Below, in pieces: positions 1 through 12,270 of a stretch of DNA of 64,000 bases. The stretch is taken from positions 320,001 to 384,000 of the forward strand of contig CAVYRH010000026.1 of NCBI GenBank assembly GCA_963770835.1, given 5' to 3'. Origin of the DNA: an uncultured Pseudomonadota bacterium. Its GTDB lineage: Bacteria > Oederibacteriota > Muellerivitia > Muellerivitales > Muellerivitaceae. Below the pieces are notes generated by a model. The model did no database searches. It saw only the letters and a list, made by a program, of their open reading frames with translations, and had not been told where the DNA came from. Position 1 is the first letter of the stretch, and every line of letters starts with the position of its first letter. The translations under genes and the position numbers were made by a program.

Positions 1-1379
1 CCGTTCCTCCGACCTTCACCACCACACCGGTTCCGCCAACAGTTACAAACACTCCCGTACCTCCTACGGCTACGAATACCAATAGTCCTGTTCCACCGAC
101 GCAGACGTTTACGCCGACAGGAACTAACACATCGTTGGCTACGGTCACGAATACGGCGGTGCCACCGACATCAACCCCTACCGCGGTTATTCCAACAGCC
201 ACTTCAAGCGATACTTCCGTGCCGCCCACGTCTACTAATACCGCTGTTCCACCCACGGCGACGAATACGGTTGTTCCCCCGACTTCCACCCCCACGCCCA
301 TTCCGCCGACGGCCACCCTTACCCATACGCCTGTCCCGCCGACCTCAACAGCCACCCCCGTTCCTCCCACCTCTACGCCGACGCCGGTTCCGCCCACACC
401 GACCCATACTTTGGTGCCTCCAACGGCCACTTTCACCTTCACGCCTATCCCCCCGACTTTGACCCATACTCCCGTGCCACCCACGGCGACGAATACGGCC
501 GTCCCCCCGACACCAACGGCTACCACTGCGACCTCCAGCACCAGCCTGGAAGTGCAATTGCTCAGTGGGGTGACCAACGACACCATCAACAGCCCCCATC
601 CCCAGATTCAAGTGGTTAACACGGGAACGGGGCCCCTCAACCTGAACAACGTCACGGTGAAATATTGGTTTAACTGCGACTGCACCAACCAGACCATCCA
701 AGCCTGGGTGGATTGGGCTGGATTGATCCCGGCGGGAACCACCGAAACGGGGAATGTCCAGGTTTCGGCGCAAAGCACCACCCTGGGAGGCCAGACCAAC
801 TACATCCTCTATACCTTCACGGGGAACCTGGTGCTCCAGCCCGGCCAGGCCATCCAGGTCCAGAGCCGGTTCAACAAGAACGACTGGAGCAACATGACGC
901 AGGACAACGACTGGAGCTTCGCGCCCTATACCAGCTTCACGAATGCACTACAAGTGACGGGCTACCTGGGCGGGAGCTTGGTGTGGGGCCAAGAGCCGGT
1001 ATCGGCTTCGGCCGCCCTGACGGTGGCCAGCGCCATGTCCTTCCCGAACCCCTCGACCGGGAGCGGGACGACCCTGCAGTTCACTTTGAACGGCAATACT
1101 TCGGGAGTCAGCGCCTCACTCTTAGACGCCGAGCACCCCATGCTGTTGGACCCGAACGCCAAGATCACACTGAGCATCTACACGATGGCGATGCGGCTGA
1201 TCTGGACGCAGACGCTGACGGGCGGGGCCTATGGGACAACGGGGAGCCACGAGCTTTACTGGAACGAGAAGGACTTCAAAGGCGCCGGCTTGGCCAACGG
1301 CCTTTACCTGCTAAGGGTGACCATAGAATCCCACGGCCAGAAGACTTCCGCCTTAACAAAGATCCTGATTCTTGGATAA
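1..1379 (+). CDS. 3' part of a secreted modular protein (5' end outside window): Pro/Thr linker, CBM3-like domain, class-A C-terminal PNP/FlgD-like domain
   Basis: PPT-rich repeats continue from base 1. CBM3-like motifs: [34 protein letters not shown]-terminus FPNP...GLANGLYLLRVT...KILILG. The TTG start at 135 is probably not the real start. Confidence 0.85.
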   Translation, partial: VPPTFTTTPVPPTVTNTPVPPTATNTNSPVPPTQTFTPTGTNTSLATVTNTAVPPTSTPTAVIPTATSSDTSVPPTSTNTAVPPTATNTVVPPTSTPTPIPPTATLTHTPVPPTSTATPVPPTSTPTPVPPTPTHTLVPPTATFTFTPIPPTLTHTPVPPTATNTAVPPTPTATTATSSTSLEVQLLSGVTNDTINSPHPQIQVVNTGTGPLNLNNVTVKYWFNCDCTNQTIQAWVDWAGLIPAGTTETGNVQVSAQSTTLGGQTNYILYTFTGNLVLQPGQAIQVQSRFNKNDWSNMTQDNDWSFAPYTSFTNALQVTGYLGGSLVWGQEPVSASAALTVASAMSFPNPSTGSGTTLQFTLNGNTSGVSASLLDAEHPMLLDPNAKITLSIYTMAMRLIWTQTLTGGAYGTTGSHELYWNEKDFKGAGLANGLYLLRVTIESHGQKTSALTKILILG

Positions 1380-1536
1380 ATTTCCGGAAGGAAGAGCTTC
1401 AAGTTCATCGAAATAATTTGTTTCGCCGGGACTAGAAGCCGGAATTATCAAAAAGTTTGACCGTGAAATATAAGGGGCTCAAAACCTTCCTTTTAAACCC
1501 ATAGTTCGATAAACTTAAAACAGGCCGGAAAATTAT

Positions 1537-1559
1537 CCCCTCTGCCGAGGGGTTTTTTT
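1537..1559 (+). terminator. Intrinsic terminator-like hairpin
   Basis: CCCCTC-TGCC-GAGGGG followed by T7. Confidence 0.6.
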
Positions 1560-1567
1560 GTCCAGGG

Positions 1568-1599
1568 AAATGTAACCGGTTTCGCAAAAGGTTACATTT
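1568..1599. promoter_or_regulatory. LacI-family-like operator within an inverted repeat upstream of GH74
   Basis: AAATGTAACC-GGTTTCGCAAAA-GGTTACATTT contains TGTAACCGGTTTC, with the central CG typical of LacI sites. Confidence 0.5.
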
Positions 1600-1642
1600 T
1601 GTTTCGAGCTCATAACGTTTCAGGCGGGACGGATTTCTTGAA

Positions 1643-4600
1643 ATGAAAATTCGTTTTTATTCTCTTCTTACTATTACCTTCCCATTGGGGCTGGCCCTCA
1701 CCAGTTCCCAAGCCTTTGCCCAAACCTACACCTGGAAAAACGTCACGGTGCCGGCGGGGGGGTTCGTGGCGGGGGTGGATTACAGTCCCGTTTCCCAGGG
1801 CCTTCTTTACGCGCGCACTGATATCGGAGGGGTTTACCGTTGGGATAACACCAACGATGTTTGGGTCCCCTTGACGGATATGTACGGGAGCGGCCAGTAC
1901 AACTATTACGGCGGGGAAAGCATCGCGCCGGACCCCGTCAATCCCAACGTGGTCTATGTGGCCGCGGGAATGTACCTGACTTCCGGCAACGGGTTCATCC
2001 TCAGTTCCACCAACCAGGGAAACAGCTGGACCGCCAATGCCATCGCGGTTCCCATGGGCGGCAACGACGACGGCCGCGAGGCGGGGGAACGCCTGGCGGT
2101 GGACCCTAACCTGACCTCCACCCTTTATTTCGGCTCCCGCAACAACGGCCTATGGAAAAGCACCAACTCCGCCGCAAGCTGGAGCCAGGTCACCGCTTTT
2201 CCCGTGAACGGCGACGCCAATTACGGGCTCAGTTACGTGCTCTTCGACCCCCACGGCACCTCGGGCACGGCCTCGGCCACCATCTATGTCGGGGTGGAGG
2301 GCATGAACACGGGGAACAGCAACCTCTACCGCTCCACCAACGCGGGCGCCAGTTGGACATTGATACCGGGTGGCCCCACCAATATGATCACGGTCCATGC
2401 CTCCCTGGGCACGGACGGAAATCTCTGGGTTGTCTTATGACAGCGGGGGCTACGGCCCCAACAGCATCACCAACGGACAGGTTTGGAAACTCAACACCAG
2501 CACACTGGCCTGGACGCACGTGACCCTTCCGGGGCCGCCGGCGGGCAGCGGGGGATACGGCGGCATATGCGTGGACGCGGAAAACGCCCAACACGTGGTG
2601 GTCTCGACCCTGGATTGGTGGGGCGGGCCCGACATGGTCTTCAACACGGCCAATGGCGGGTCCAATTGGGCCACCATCGGGCATGTCAACGAGGGATACA
2701 GCTCCAATTTCGCCTCGTATAACGCCAACGGGGTCTCCTGGATCTACTGGTGCGGAGATCCCAGCCCCGGTGGGTCGGGCTGGCAGGGCGACGTAAAGAT
2801 CGATCCCTTCAATTCCAATAACGCCATCTACACCACGGGGCAGGGGGTCTACACCAGCACTGATATCAACGCCGCCTCCACTTCCGCAGTCACTTGGTCC
2901 TTCATCGACTATGGCCTGGAGGAAACCGCGGTGATCGACATGACTTCCGCGGCCGCCGGAGGGGTGTTCTTCAGCGCCCTGGGGGACATTTCAGGGATGC
3001 GCCACACCAACGTCACCCAGTCCCCGTCCGGGGGCATGTACTGCAACCCGGAAATGACCAATACGACCGGCATCGATTTCGCCGAACTCAACACCAACGA
3101 CGTGGTGCGCGCGGGAAACGCCACCCCCTACGGCGCCTATTCCACCAATAACGGCGCCAGCTGGACGCCCTTTGCCAGCGCGCCCAACGGCACCAACAAC
3201 CAGATCGCCATCGCGGCCGACGGAAGCGCCATCCTTTGGGCTCCCTCCAGCGCCGTGGCGTCCTATTCTACCAACAACGGCTCCAGTTGGACGGCCTCCA
3301 CGGGGCTTCCCAGCGGCGCCCAGGTGGCGTCGGACCGGGCCAATAAAAGCATCTTCTACGGAACCTCGGGAACCACCCTTTATGTGAGCACTAATGGAGG
3401 CGCCAGTTTTGCCTCGGCCGGCACCTTCACGGGAAGCGGCAGGCCCCGCGCGGTTTTCGGGATCGCCGGGGAAGTATGGGTACCCGCGGGCGGAAGCGGC
3501 CTTTACCGGTTCACCAATGTGGGGTTGGGCGCGGTCACGACCACCCATATCGCCAATGTCTCCTCGGCCATCGCCCTGGGATTCGGCATGGCCGCATCCG
3601 GCCAAACCCACCCGGCCGTGTACCTGGTGGGGACGGTGAGCGGAACCTATGGCTTTTTCCGCTGCGACGACGGGGTGGGGACCACATGGACCCGGATCAA
3701 CGACGCCAACCACCAGTTCGGCGCGGCGGGTTACGCGGCGGGGGATGAAACCGTGTACGGGCGCATGTACGTCGGGACTAATGGCCGCGGAATTTTATAT
3801 GGCGATACCTCAACAGGGCCGACCAATACACCGACGTCAACTCCTACAAGCACACCCAGCGCCACCAGAACGAATTCCCCGACGAATACCACGACGGCCA
3901 GCCCCACGGCCACCCCCACTCGTACCGCCACTTCAACTACCACCAATACGCCGACGTTGACGCCGACCAACACGCCGACGAGTACGCCGAAAAACACGGC
4001 TACATCGACGGCTACGTCGACGGTTGTCAACACTTCCACGGCAACGCCTTCCTACACCGCGAGCCGCACGGCCACCGCCAGCCCTACCGCGACCGGAACC
4101 AACACACCCACCCCGACTTTGACCGCCACGCCCTCTTATAGCCCGACGGGCACCGCAAGCCGGACCCCCACGGCCACCAGCAGCAATACACCCACGGATA
4201 CCTCGGTGAACACAGCCACCAATACCCAAACGGCAACGCCTTCCAATACCCCGACTCCTACTGCCACCAAAACGGCCACGGCGACCGCCACCAACACGCC
4301 GACGGTTATGCCGAACAACACGGCTTCGTCGACGGCTACCGCGACGTTGGTTAACACGGCCACATCTTCCAGTACCCCGACCGGCACCGCTTCCGCCACA
4401 CTGACCAAGACGGCCACGGCGACCGCCAGCAACACCGTCACACCTACCACCACCGCCAGTCCGACGGCAACCCCCACAAACACCCTGATTAATTCCGCGA
4501 CGCCTACCGGTACAGCCACGAATACGGCGACTTCCAGTGCCACCGGCTCAGCCACTAATACCGCCACGAAAACAGCGACCTCCACAACAACCAATAGCTT

Positions 4601-5933
4601 GACGCCGACTTCCTCCAGTACGGTGACGAGTACCTTGACCAAGACTCAAACGGCCACCGTGACAAGTACGCCGACGTTGACGCCGACAAACACGGCTACG
4701 TCGACGTTGATTAATTCCGCGACGCCAACTGATACGCCAACGAAAACGGCCAGCTTTACCGCCACTGGCACAGCTACCAGCACGGTTTCCTTGACGCCCA
4801 CTTCGACGCCCACCGAAACCCTCATCAATACGGGAACCCCCACGAACACCGCTACTTGGACCCCATCGCTGACAGCCACGAATACGGCCATCCCGCCAGC
4901 TACGCCGACCCCGACGTATACCACGAGCATCCCGGTGGTCACGGTGACGGTTTTGCCCGTCTCCAATTCGAACCAGGTTCCAGGGACCACCAATGTTCCG
5001 GCTGAGGAGTTGGTTTTGAGCTACCAGGCCTTCACACCCCCCGTAACCGTCACCAGCGTGGTTGTCTCCTTCTCGGGCAGCGGCAATCCCGGCACAGGTA
5101 TCGCCTCCCTGACTTTGTCGGGCCAGGGGACGCCAGCGACAAGCGGCCCTCCCACAGGCAATGCCGTGACTTTCACCACGAACGTAGTGATCGCGCAGGG
5201 GCAGAGCGTGACCCTGAGCCTGACGGCGTCTTTTGCCGACCCGGGTTCCACCGGGACCTACTCCTTCAGCGTCACGGGCATGACCGGGACCATCGGGATC
5301 GAATCGGCCGCGTTCCTGGGATTACCGGCGACGGGGGCCACCGTAACGGTGATCGCTACCACCCCCACTGCCACGAATACGGGCACAACCACCCCAACCG
5401 CCACCCTTTCCCCGACCCCGACACCAAGCTCCACACCTACGTCCACCACCACTTTCACCTTCACCAGCAGCTCCACCCTCACGCCCAGCTTCACGGTGAC
5501 CTCGACGCCCATAGCGAGCGCGACCGCCTCCAGCACACCGACGGCCTCCTTTACGTCAAGCTGGACGCCAACCACCACCGGGACGGCTTCCTCAACTCCC
5601 ACGGGGACCTCCCCAGCAAGCCCCGCGATCCCCACCCCAACCTCCACGCCGGCGGGTAACAATACCGTGTTGATCTATCCGAACCCGGTCACGGGGCCGA
5701 GCGTGAACGTATTGCCTCCGGCCTACAGCGGCAGCCAGAATGTGCGGGTGGAAATCTTCACCTTGAGTTTCCGCAAGGTCCTGGACGAGACCTTCCCCAA
5801 CGTGCCGTCGGGAACGTCCGTGAAGATCACCTTGGATGACCAGTGGGGCCACCTCCTGGCCGACGGGTTGTATTACGTTGTCGTCACCGTCAACGGCAAG
5901 CATTCCACCGGCAAACTGCTCGTTCTTCGGTAA
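1643..5933 (+). pseudogene. GH74 xyloglucanase-like protein with Ser/Thr linker, Ig-like domain and class-B CTD, split by a +1 frameshift at about 2427-2429 (real lesion or sequencing error)
   Basis: ORFs 1643-2440 and 2397-5933 join if one G is removed from CTCTGGGTTG (giving LWLSYD). GH74 motifs: [29 protein letters not shown], plus SxxxGxxW BNR repeats. N-terminal signal peptide. Confidence 0.85.
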
Positions 5934-6075
5934 ATGAAGAGATGCCCCGCCACTCTGCCAGCTTTGCGCGGTTCCTATAGAAATGGCCCAAAATAGCAGG
6001 TAAAGAGTTGTCGTTTTTTGTCGTTAAGATAATCAAGACGGTTGTTCATTCACGAATGTATATGAAGCGGGCGAA

Positions 6076-9000
6076 ATGATTTTTAGGTTCAAGCCTTATA
6101 TCGTTTTCTATTTTGTGTTTCTTGCCTGTGTCTTCTTGTCCGGTGCGCCTTCTCCTGCCGCCGAAAAGCCGGCTTTATTCGAATCAGCCCCCGCCCCTAA
6201 CCAACCCCGGGAATCCTTCGTCAAGCGCGACCGCTTCGTGAAGTTTCATAAGGAATACCTGGAAAACCTGCGGCCGGAACAATTCAGCGCCCGCTTCCGG
6301 CCCCAAGTCCGCCTGAACCTCTTCGATGACGTGGATGTCACCCTCACCCTGGACCATTCGGAGAAAAGGCCCCATGGCCATACGGTTTTTTCCGGGCATT
6401 TCGAGGGAATGGGCCGCAGCCTGGCGGTCCTCACCCATCACGACGGAATCCTGACCGGAATGTTTTTCATACCGGGCAAGGGGACATTCAAGATCCTCCC
6501 AGCGGGGCAAGGCCTGCACCGGATCATGGAAGTGGACGAGGACCGGGGCGGGACCTGCGGCCTGGACGGAAGCCCCAATGAGCCCACCGACCCCCGGCTT
6601 GCGGCGGATTTCCCCCAGCAAGGCATGCCCTGGATGATCCCCAACAATTACCCGCAGGGTTGCGCTTACGGATTCAGCCCGACAGTCGTGAACCTGGCCG
6701 TGGTTTACACCCCTGCGGCCCTGGCGGATGTCGGCGACGCCGAGGCCATGGAATCCCTCATCGACACCGTGGTCTTCTACAACAACATGGCCTACTGCAA
6801 CAGCGGCATCAACGTCCAGCTCCAGCTCGTCTACCAGGGGGAGGTGGCTTACACGGAGCAAGGCATCTCCGCGGACCTGACCAACATGTCCAACGGGACG
6901 GTGCCGGGCATCTCTACCATCCAAGCCAATGATGGCGCGGCGATCGTGAATATGCTGGTGGCGGGGTCCGACGCGGTCATGGGGCTGGCCTTCCTGCCCG
7001 GCCATTACTGCCTGGAGCACGTGAAATTCGCCGAGGGAATGATGCACGAGATAGGCCACAACTTCGGCTGCGGCCACAACGTGGGCGCCGGCGGGCCGGG
7101 CGTCTACCCCTACTCCTCGGGCTACCAGTACACCTCCCAGGGCGTCCTCTACCGCACGATCATGGCCTACCCTCCGGGGCTCTATACCCCCTTCTTCTCC
7201 AGCCCGCTGGTCCAATTCCTGGGGGCCTCCACGGGGACGACGACCGCTGACAACGCCCGCACCATCAACGAAACCGCGCCGGTCATGGCCAACAGCTACC
7301 CGCCGCCCGCCGGGTTCGACATGCCCACGGTCAGCATGGCCTCCCCGGCGGACGGTTCGGCCTACACCGGCCCCTTGACCCTTGCGCTGACCGCCAATGC
7401 TTCCGATTCATCGGGCATCGCGCAAGTGGATTTCTTCGTGGACAGCCAATTCCTCGGCTCCGTTTCCACCGCCCCCTACACCCTCAACTGGCCCTTGGTT
7501 CCGGCGGGTAGCCATTTCATCACCGCCCACGCCATCAACACCGCGGGCACGGCGCAATACGCCTGCGCCGTGAGCATCTTCGTCAACCCCATGCTTCCGG
7601 CTCCCTGGGAGGACCAGGACATCGGCTGGCTGATCCAGGACACCAGTGCCCCCCAGGAATTGAAATACATGGGACTTTTGGGCAGCGGCAGTTCCTCCGC
7701 CGGCGTGTTCACGGTGAACGGGGCGGGAAGCGGCATCGGCCTGGACATCTCCGGCGTGGAAGAGGATTCCTTCCAATTCGACAGCCAGCCCTCCTGCGGG
7801 GGCACCACGATCACGGCCCGCCTGGTTTCCCTGCAAAACGGCGGCTCCGGTAACCAGGCCGGGCTTATGTTCCGGGCCGATACCAGCAGCGATTCCCCCT
7901 ACGTTTTCATGGGTTGGGCCGGCAACGGCTCCCAGGCGGCTTTCCAATACCGTTCCACCTACGGCGGAACTTCGACGGCTTTGGGCGCCGCCGCCCTGGG
8001 GGCGCCCTCCTGGTTCCAGATCCAGCGGGTGGGGAACGTCTTTACGGGTTTCGAATCCCCGGACGGGTCGGCTTGGACGCAGGTGGGGACGGCCACGATC
8101 ACCACGATGGGCGCCAACCCCCCAGTGGGGTTCGCGGTCTCCAGCGAAAGCACGGCCGCCCTGGCCAATGCCGTCTTCGACAACGTGTCCTTGGCCCTTT
8201 CCTGCCAGCCGCCCACCCCCACCGTCACCCTCACCCCGACCATCACCTTCACACCCACCATTACGATGACCCCCACCAACTCGCCGACCCCCGGGCCCGC
8301 CTGCGTGCCCATCATCACGACTTACGCGGGAAACGGGACGGGGACCTATTCGGGGGACGGCGGCCCCGCGACCGCCGCGGGCTTGAACGGGAACATGGGG
8401 CTGGCGGTGGACCCCCAGGGCAACCTCTACATCGCGGATAGCGGGGAATACCGGGTGCGCAAGGTCAGCCCTTCCGGAATCATCACGACCTTCGCGGGAA
8501 CCGGGGTTTGTTGCGGCGGAACCAGCGGGCTCCCGGCCACCCTCTCCGGCGTCGGGGCCCAATACCCTTCCGCGGACTGCGCGGGCGACATCTACCTGGA
8601 CGATTATTTCAGCGGCACGGGGGGCGCGTTTTCACTGATCCAAAAGGTCGACACCTGCGGAACCTTGTCTACCGTCGCCGGGACCACCACCGGCTATTCA
8701 GGCAACGGGGGCCCGGCCACTTTGGCCCAGATGGATTTCCCCTATAACACAGCGGAGGACGCCGCCGGCGACATCTACGTCGCCGACCTCGATAACAAAG
8801 TGGTACGCAAGATCAGCACGAACGGGATCATGACCCTAGTCACGACGCCGCCCCTGACCGAACCGGACGGGGTGGCGGTGGACGGCGCGGGGAACCTCTA
8901 CGTCTCGGACTTCCAGGGTTCCCGGAGCATCTACAAGATTTCCCCCAGCGGGACGGCGGTCACCCTGGCCACCTTGGAATGCCCGGACGAGCTGGCCCTG

Positions 9001-10566
9001 GACTGCAACGATAACCTTTATGTGGACGACTACTGCACCCACCAGGTGTTCAAGATCAACTCCAGCGGGCAGCTTACGCTGTACGCCGGCACGGGGGCCA
9101 CCGGCAATACGGGCAATGGGGGTCCGGCCACAGCCGCCACTTTCGGCACGCTGCGGGGGGTGGCGGTGGATGGGCAGGGCAACGTCTACGTCTCGGACAA
9201 CACCTACCACGTGGTGCGGAAAATATCCTCCTGCGTCAGCGAGGGCAGCTGCCCCGTCTGCGACATCACCCCCGTCTGCTACACGCCCCCTCCCACCTCC
9301 ACCCCGTCCGGCACCCCGACGTCCACCGCCACCCACACGCCCACATCGACCCCCACCAGCACGAGGACGTGGACTCCCAGCTTCACGCCGACCCTCACCC
9401 GCACCTCCACCGTGACGGGAACCCCCACCAATAGCGCCACTCCCACGATCAGCGACACCCCCTGCGGCTATCCGGGCAATACCTGCACCCCCACCATCAC
9501 CTTCACCCCGGCCAACACCTTCACCGCCACTTTCACCCCCACCTCGACCCGCACTTCCACGCCCACCTTCACCCCGTCCAATACCTACACCCTGACGGAC
9601 ACCTTCACCGCCACCAACACCCCCACCGTGACCGACACCCCGACGCCGACGGATAGCCCGACCCCCACGAATTCCCCCACGGTCACCCAAACGCCGACCA
9701 ATACCCTGCAAGTGGACGGCCCCGTTTTCACCGTGACGCCCCTCCCCACGAATACCCCCACGTGCACACCCACGATGACCGGAACCCTGCCCCCCACCGA
9801 TACCGCCACCATCACCCCTTCGGCCACCCCCACCGGCACCGCCACTTCGACCTTCACCACCACCCCGTCTTCCACCCCCAGCGCCACCCCGACGGATTCG
9901 ATGACGCCTTTGCCCACGAACACGGGCACGCCCAGCGCGACAGCCTCCCTGACGCCAAGCCCGACGGCCACCCTCACCCCGACCGCGAGCTGTACTTCCT
10001 CCCCGACGCCGACGGTTTCCAGCACTCCCACCGAAACAGCTTCGGTAACGCCCAGCTCCACCGTGACCCTGACCCCCAGCCCCACTTCCACGGATACCGT
10101 GACCGCCACCCCAACCTACACCCTGGTGCATACGCCGACGGCAACGCCGACAGACACGGCTTCCGCGACGGGAACCCCGACCTTGACACCCACGAATTCC
10201 TTAACGCCCACGCTCACGTCCACACCCAGTCCCACCCCCAGTTCCACGGCATACTCGCCGACCCCCACTGCCACCCCGGCGCCCGCGGGCAAGGGTGGGG
10301 TGGCGGTCTATCCGAACCCGGTTACGGGGCCGGCCGTAAACATCCTGCCGCAGGCCTATGGCGGGACCCAGGATGTGAGGGTGGAGATATTTACTCTCGC
10401 CTTCCGAAAAGTCCTGGACGAGACCTTCCTCAGCATCCCTTCGGGAACGTCTGTGAGGGTCACCTTGGACGACCAGTGGGGCCACCCCCTGGCCGATGGG
10501 CTCTACTACGTTGTGGTGACGGTCAACGGCAAGCATTCCACCGCGAAATTGTTGGTCCTGCGCTGA
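6076..10566 (+). CDS. Secreted M12B/reprolysin-like zinc metalloprotease with Ig-like domain, beta-sandwich domain, NHL repeats, Thr/Pro linker and class-B CTD
   Basis: [11 protein letters not shown] metzincin motif, Met-turn TIMAY, prodomain TCG, NHL-like repeats (GxAVDxxGNLYxxD), C-terminal YPNP...KLLVLR. Confidence 0.85.
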   Translation: MIFRFKPYIVFYFVFLACVFLSGAPSPAAEKPALFESAPAPNQPRESFVKRDRFVKFHKEYLENLRPEQFSARFRPQVRLNLFDDVDVTLTLDHSEKRPHGHTVFSGHFEGMGRSLAVLTHHDGILTGMFFIPGKGTFKILPAGQGLHRIMEVDEDRGGTCGLDGSPNEPTDPRLAADFPQQGMPWMIPNNYPQGCAYGFSPTVVNLAVVYTPAALADVGDAEAMESLIDTVVFYNNMAYCNSGINVQLQLVYQGEVAYTEQGISADLTNMSNGTVPGISTIQANDGAAIVNMLVAGSDAVMGLAFLPGHYCLEHVKFAEGMMHEIGHNFGCGHNVGAGGPGVYPYSSGYQYTSQGVLYRTIMAYPPGLYTPFFSSPLVQFLGASTGTTTADNARTINETAPVMANSYPPPAGFDMPTVSMASPADGSAYTGPLTLALTANASDSSGIAQVDFFVDSQFLGSVSTAPYTLNWPLVPAGSHFITAHAINTAGTAQYACAVSIFVNPMLPAPWEDQDIGWLIQDTSAPQELKYMGLLGSGSSSAGVFTVNGAGSGIGLDISGVEEDSFQFDSQPSCGGTTITARLVSLQNGGSGNQAGLMFRADTSSDSPYVFMGWAGNGSQAAFQYRSTYGGTSTALGAAALGAPSWFQIQRVGNVFTGFESPDGSAWTQVGTATITTMGANPPVGFAVSSESTAALANAVFDNVSLALSCQPPTPTVTLTPTITFTPTITMTPTNSPTPGPACVPIITTYAGNGTGTYSGDGGPATAAGLNGNMGLAVDPQGNLYIADSGEYRVRKVSPSGIITTFAGTGVCCGGTSGLPATLSGVGAQYPSADCAGDIYLDDYFSGTGGAFSLIQKVDTCGTLSTVAGTTTGYSGNGGPATLAQMDFPYNTAEDAAGDIYVADLDNKVVRKISTNGIMTLVTTPPLTEPDGVAVDGAGNLYVSDFQGSRSIYKISPSGTAVTLATLECPDELALDCNDNLYVDDYCTHQVFKINSSGQLTLYAGTGATGNTGNGGPATAATFGTLRGVAVDGQGNVYVSDNTYHVVRKISSCVSEGSCPVCDITPVCYTPPPTSTPSGTPTSTATHTPTSTPTSTRTWTPSFTPTLTRTSTVTGTPTNSATPTISDTPCGYPGNTCTPTITFTPANTFTATFTPTSTRTSTPTFTPSNTYTLTDTFTATNTPTVTDTPTPTDSPTPTNSPTVTQTPTNTLQVDGPVFTVTPLPTNTPTCTPTMTGTLPPTDTATITPSATPTGTATSTFTTTPSSTPSATPTDSMTPLPTNTGTPSATASLTPSPTATLTPTASCTSSPTPTVSSTPTETASVTPSSTVTLTPSPTSTDTVTATPTYTLVHTPTATPTDTASATGTPTLTPTNSLTPTLTSTPSPTPSSTAYSPTPTATPAPAGKGGVAVYPNPVTGPAVNILPQAYGGTQDVRVEIFTLAFRKVLDETFLSIPSGTSVRVTLDDQWGHPLADGLYYVVVTVNGKHSTAKLLVLR

Positions 10567-10771
10567 TTTCCTAATCAAAAATCTAAAAAATGAGATCAGT
10601 GCTATACCGACCTCTTTAAATATTTTGTTTTATGAGGGTCGGCATGCGGTAGTTCCCGCTGTTCCTTCCTGTTTTTAGGGTTTTTTAGCCTGCCGGCGAA
10701 AAAAATTGGAAGAATAACCGGGCTGGAGGGCAAATCGCTCAAAAACTCTTATTTTGAGTGTTGCACGAGTC

Positions 10772-11759
10772 GCATGCCTATCCGCAAAGCGCATGTTGAA
10801 ATAAAGGAATACAAGCGTATTCTATCCACTGAAGGAGGTGTTTCATGAACTACCAGCGGATGAAAACGGTTGAGATTTTCAGGGAAATTGATACTGAGAA
10901 GAAAGCCCTTGAGTGGATCTGGAAGAGTCGTTTTGGGGGAAAAGCTTTTATTTGCCCCCACTGTGAGAACGAAAGCTATTGGCAGCATCAAAGTCGCCCG
11001 GAAATAAGGCAATGTGACTCTTGCTCAAAACAAATCCGGGTGCGGGCAGGAACCATTTTCCAGCATTCCAAGCTTCCCTTGCTCGTTTGGGTGAGGGCTA
11101 TCGGTTTTGTCATGCAAGGTAAAAGAGGCATGGCGGCCGAGGAACTTAAACGGCATCTGGGGAGACGTTACGAAACAGTCTGGGGGATGCTGCAAAAGAT
11201 GCGGGAAGCTTTGGAACAACGGGAAAAACCCTATCAGCTCAAGGATTTGATCGAATTGGATGGGGCTTTTTTAGGGCGTCGTCGTTATTACAATCAAGTC
11301 GCATTACTTATTGGGGTTGAAAGTAAGGAATGGGTGGACGAGAAAGGTCGAAAAAAGCCAAAAGCTGGATTTGCCAAAGTGAAAGTGGCCTCTGAAACCC
11401 TCTGGCATGCCAACGAATTCGTCAATCAAGCCATCCAAAAGGACTCGCGGATACGCATGGACGCTAGTTCCCGTTTAAGGAAGCTGGAAAACGTAACGGT
11501 GGAATACGAGAAAATGGACAGAAACCGTCAAGCTTGTGACCGCTGGTTGCCGTGGGTTCATAAGTTCATTTCCAATGCCAAGACATGGATTCTTGGAACC
11601 CATCATGGGGTAGGAGTCAGATATGTTGGCCGTTACTTGGCCGAATACACCTATCGCTTCAACCGACGGCATGACCCGGATTCCTTATTCCACAGAGCTT
11701 TAACCGCCTGTGCACTCGCTAAACCCATAACTTTACATGCGCTTTGCGGATAGGCATGC
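10772..11759 (+). mobile_element. IS1595-family insertion sequence
   Basis: Perfect 25-bp inverted repeat GCATGCCTATCCGCAAAGCGCATGT at 10772-10796 and 11735-11759. The outer GCATGC could instead be a palindromic target duplication. Confidence 0.9.
10845..11753 (+). CDS. IS1595-family transposase (zinc ribbon plus DDE)
   Basis: CPHC...CDSC zinc ribbon, GTIFQHSKLPL, IELDGAF, GTHHGV, YLAEYTYRFNRR. The stop codon lies within the right inverted repeat. Confidence 0.92.
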   Translation: MNYQRMKTVEIFREIDTEKKALEWIWKSRFGGKAFICPHCENESYWQHQSRPEIRQCDSCSKQIRVRAGTIFQHSKLPLLVWVRAIGFVMQGKRGMAAEELKRHLGRRYETVWGMLQKMREALEQREKPYQLKDLIELDGAFLGRRRYYNQVALLIGVESKEWVDEKGRKKPKAGFAKVKVASETLWHANEFVNQAIQKDSRIRMDASSRLRKLENVTVEYEKMDRNRQACDRWLPWVHKFISNAKTWILGTHHGVGVRYVGRYLAEYTYRFNRRHDPDSLFHRALTACALAKPITLHALCG

Positions 11760-11760
11760 A

Positions 11761-12060
11761 CCGCGCGACAGCAAAAATAAGGTTTTTTTGATAGCTGAGG
11801 TTTTTTTGAAGAATCTGAAAATAATTGGACGCAAGAATGCTTACCGGGTGTCCAGCCGCTGGACACCTTTTGCCAGGCGACCTGGCAGAAATTGGAAGCA
11901 AACTGGATTCATGGGCACCGGGTGGTCAGTGACTGACCACCCCAGGGGTAAAGTGCCCCGCCGCGGGGCACTCAAAATAAGGGTTTTTGATACCTGAGGC
12001 TTATTCTGCGGAATCCGCAGATAATTGGACGCAAGGAGAGTTTACCGGGGTCCGGGTGTT
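11761..12060 (+). repeat. Degenerate direct repeat with 200-bp period right of the IS; part of it is also present inverted left of the IS (about 10741-10770)
   Basis: AAAATAAGG-TTTTTGATA(G/C)CTGAGG...ATAATTGGACGCAAG at 11774/11821 and 11974/12021. Confidence 0.7.
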
Positions 12061-12270
12061 CGGGCTCCGAACATCCTTTGTTCGCCGGGCGAACAAAAGT
12101 TGGAAGAATAGAAGGCCAAAGGGAAGGTCAGTTACGCGGCGTAACACCCCCAGCTCCCCATCGGGCGCAAAAGTGGGAGGACCCCGTTCACCCAAGGGGT
12201 GGATTTGGCCCTCCCGGGTGGCTCCGGCATCCAAACCGACCCTGCCAACCTTTTCGTTTCCTTTCGCCCG

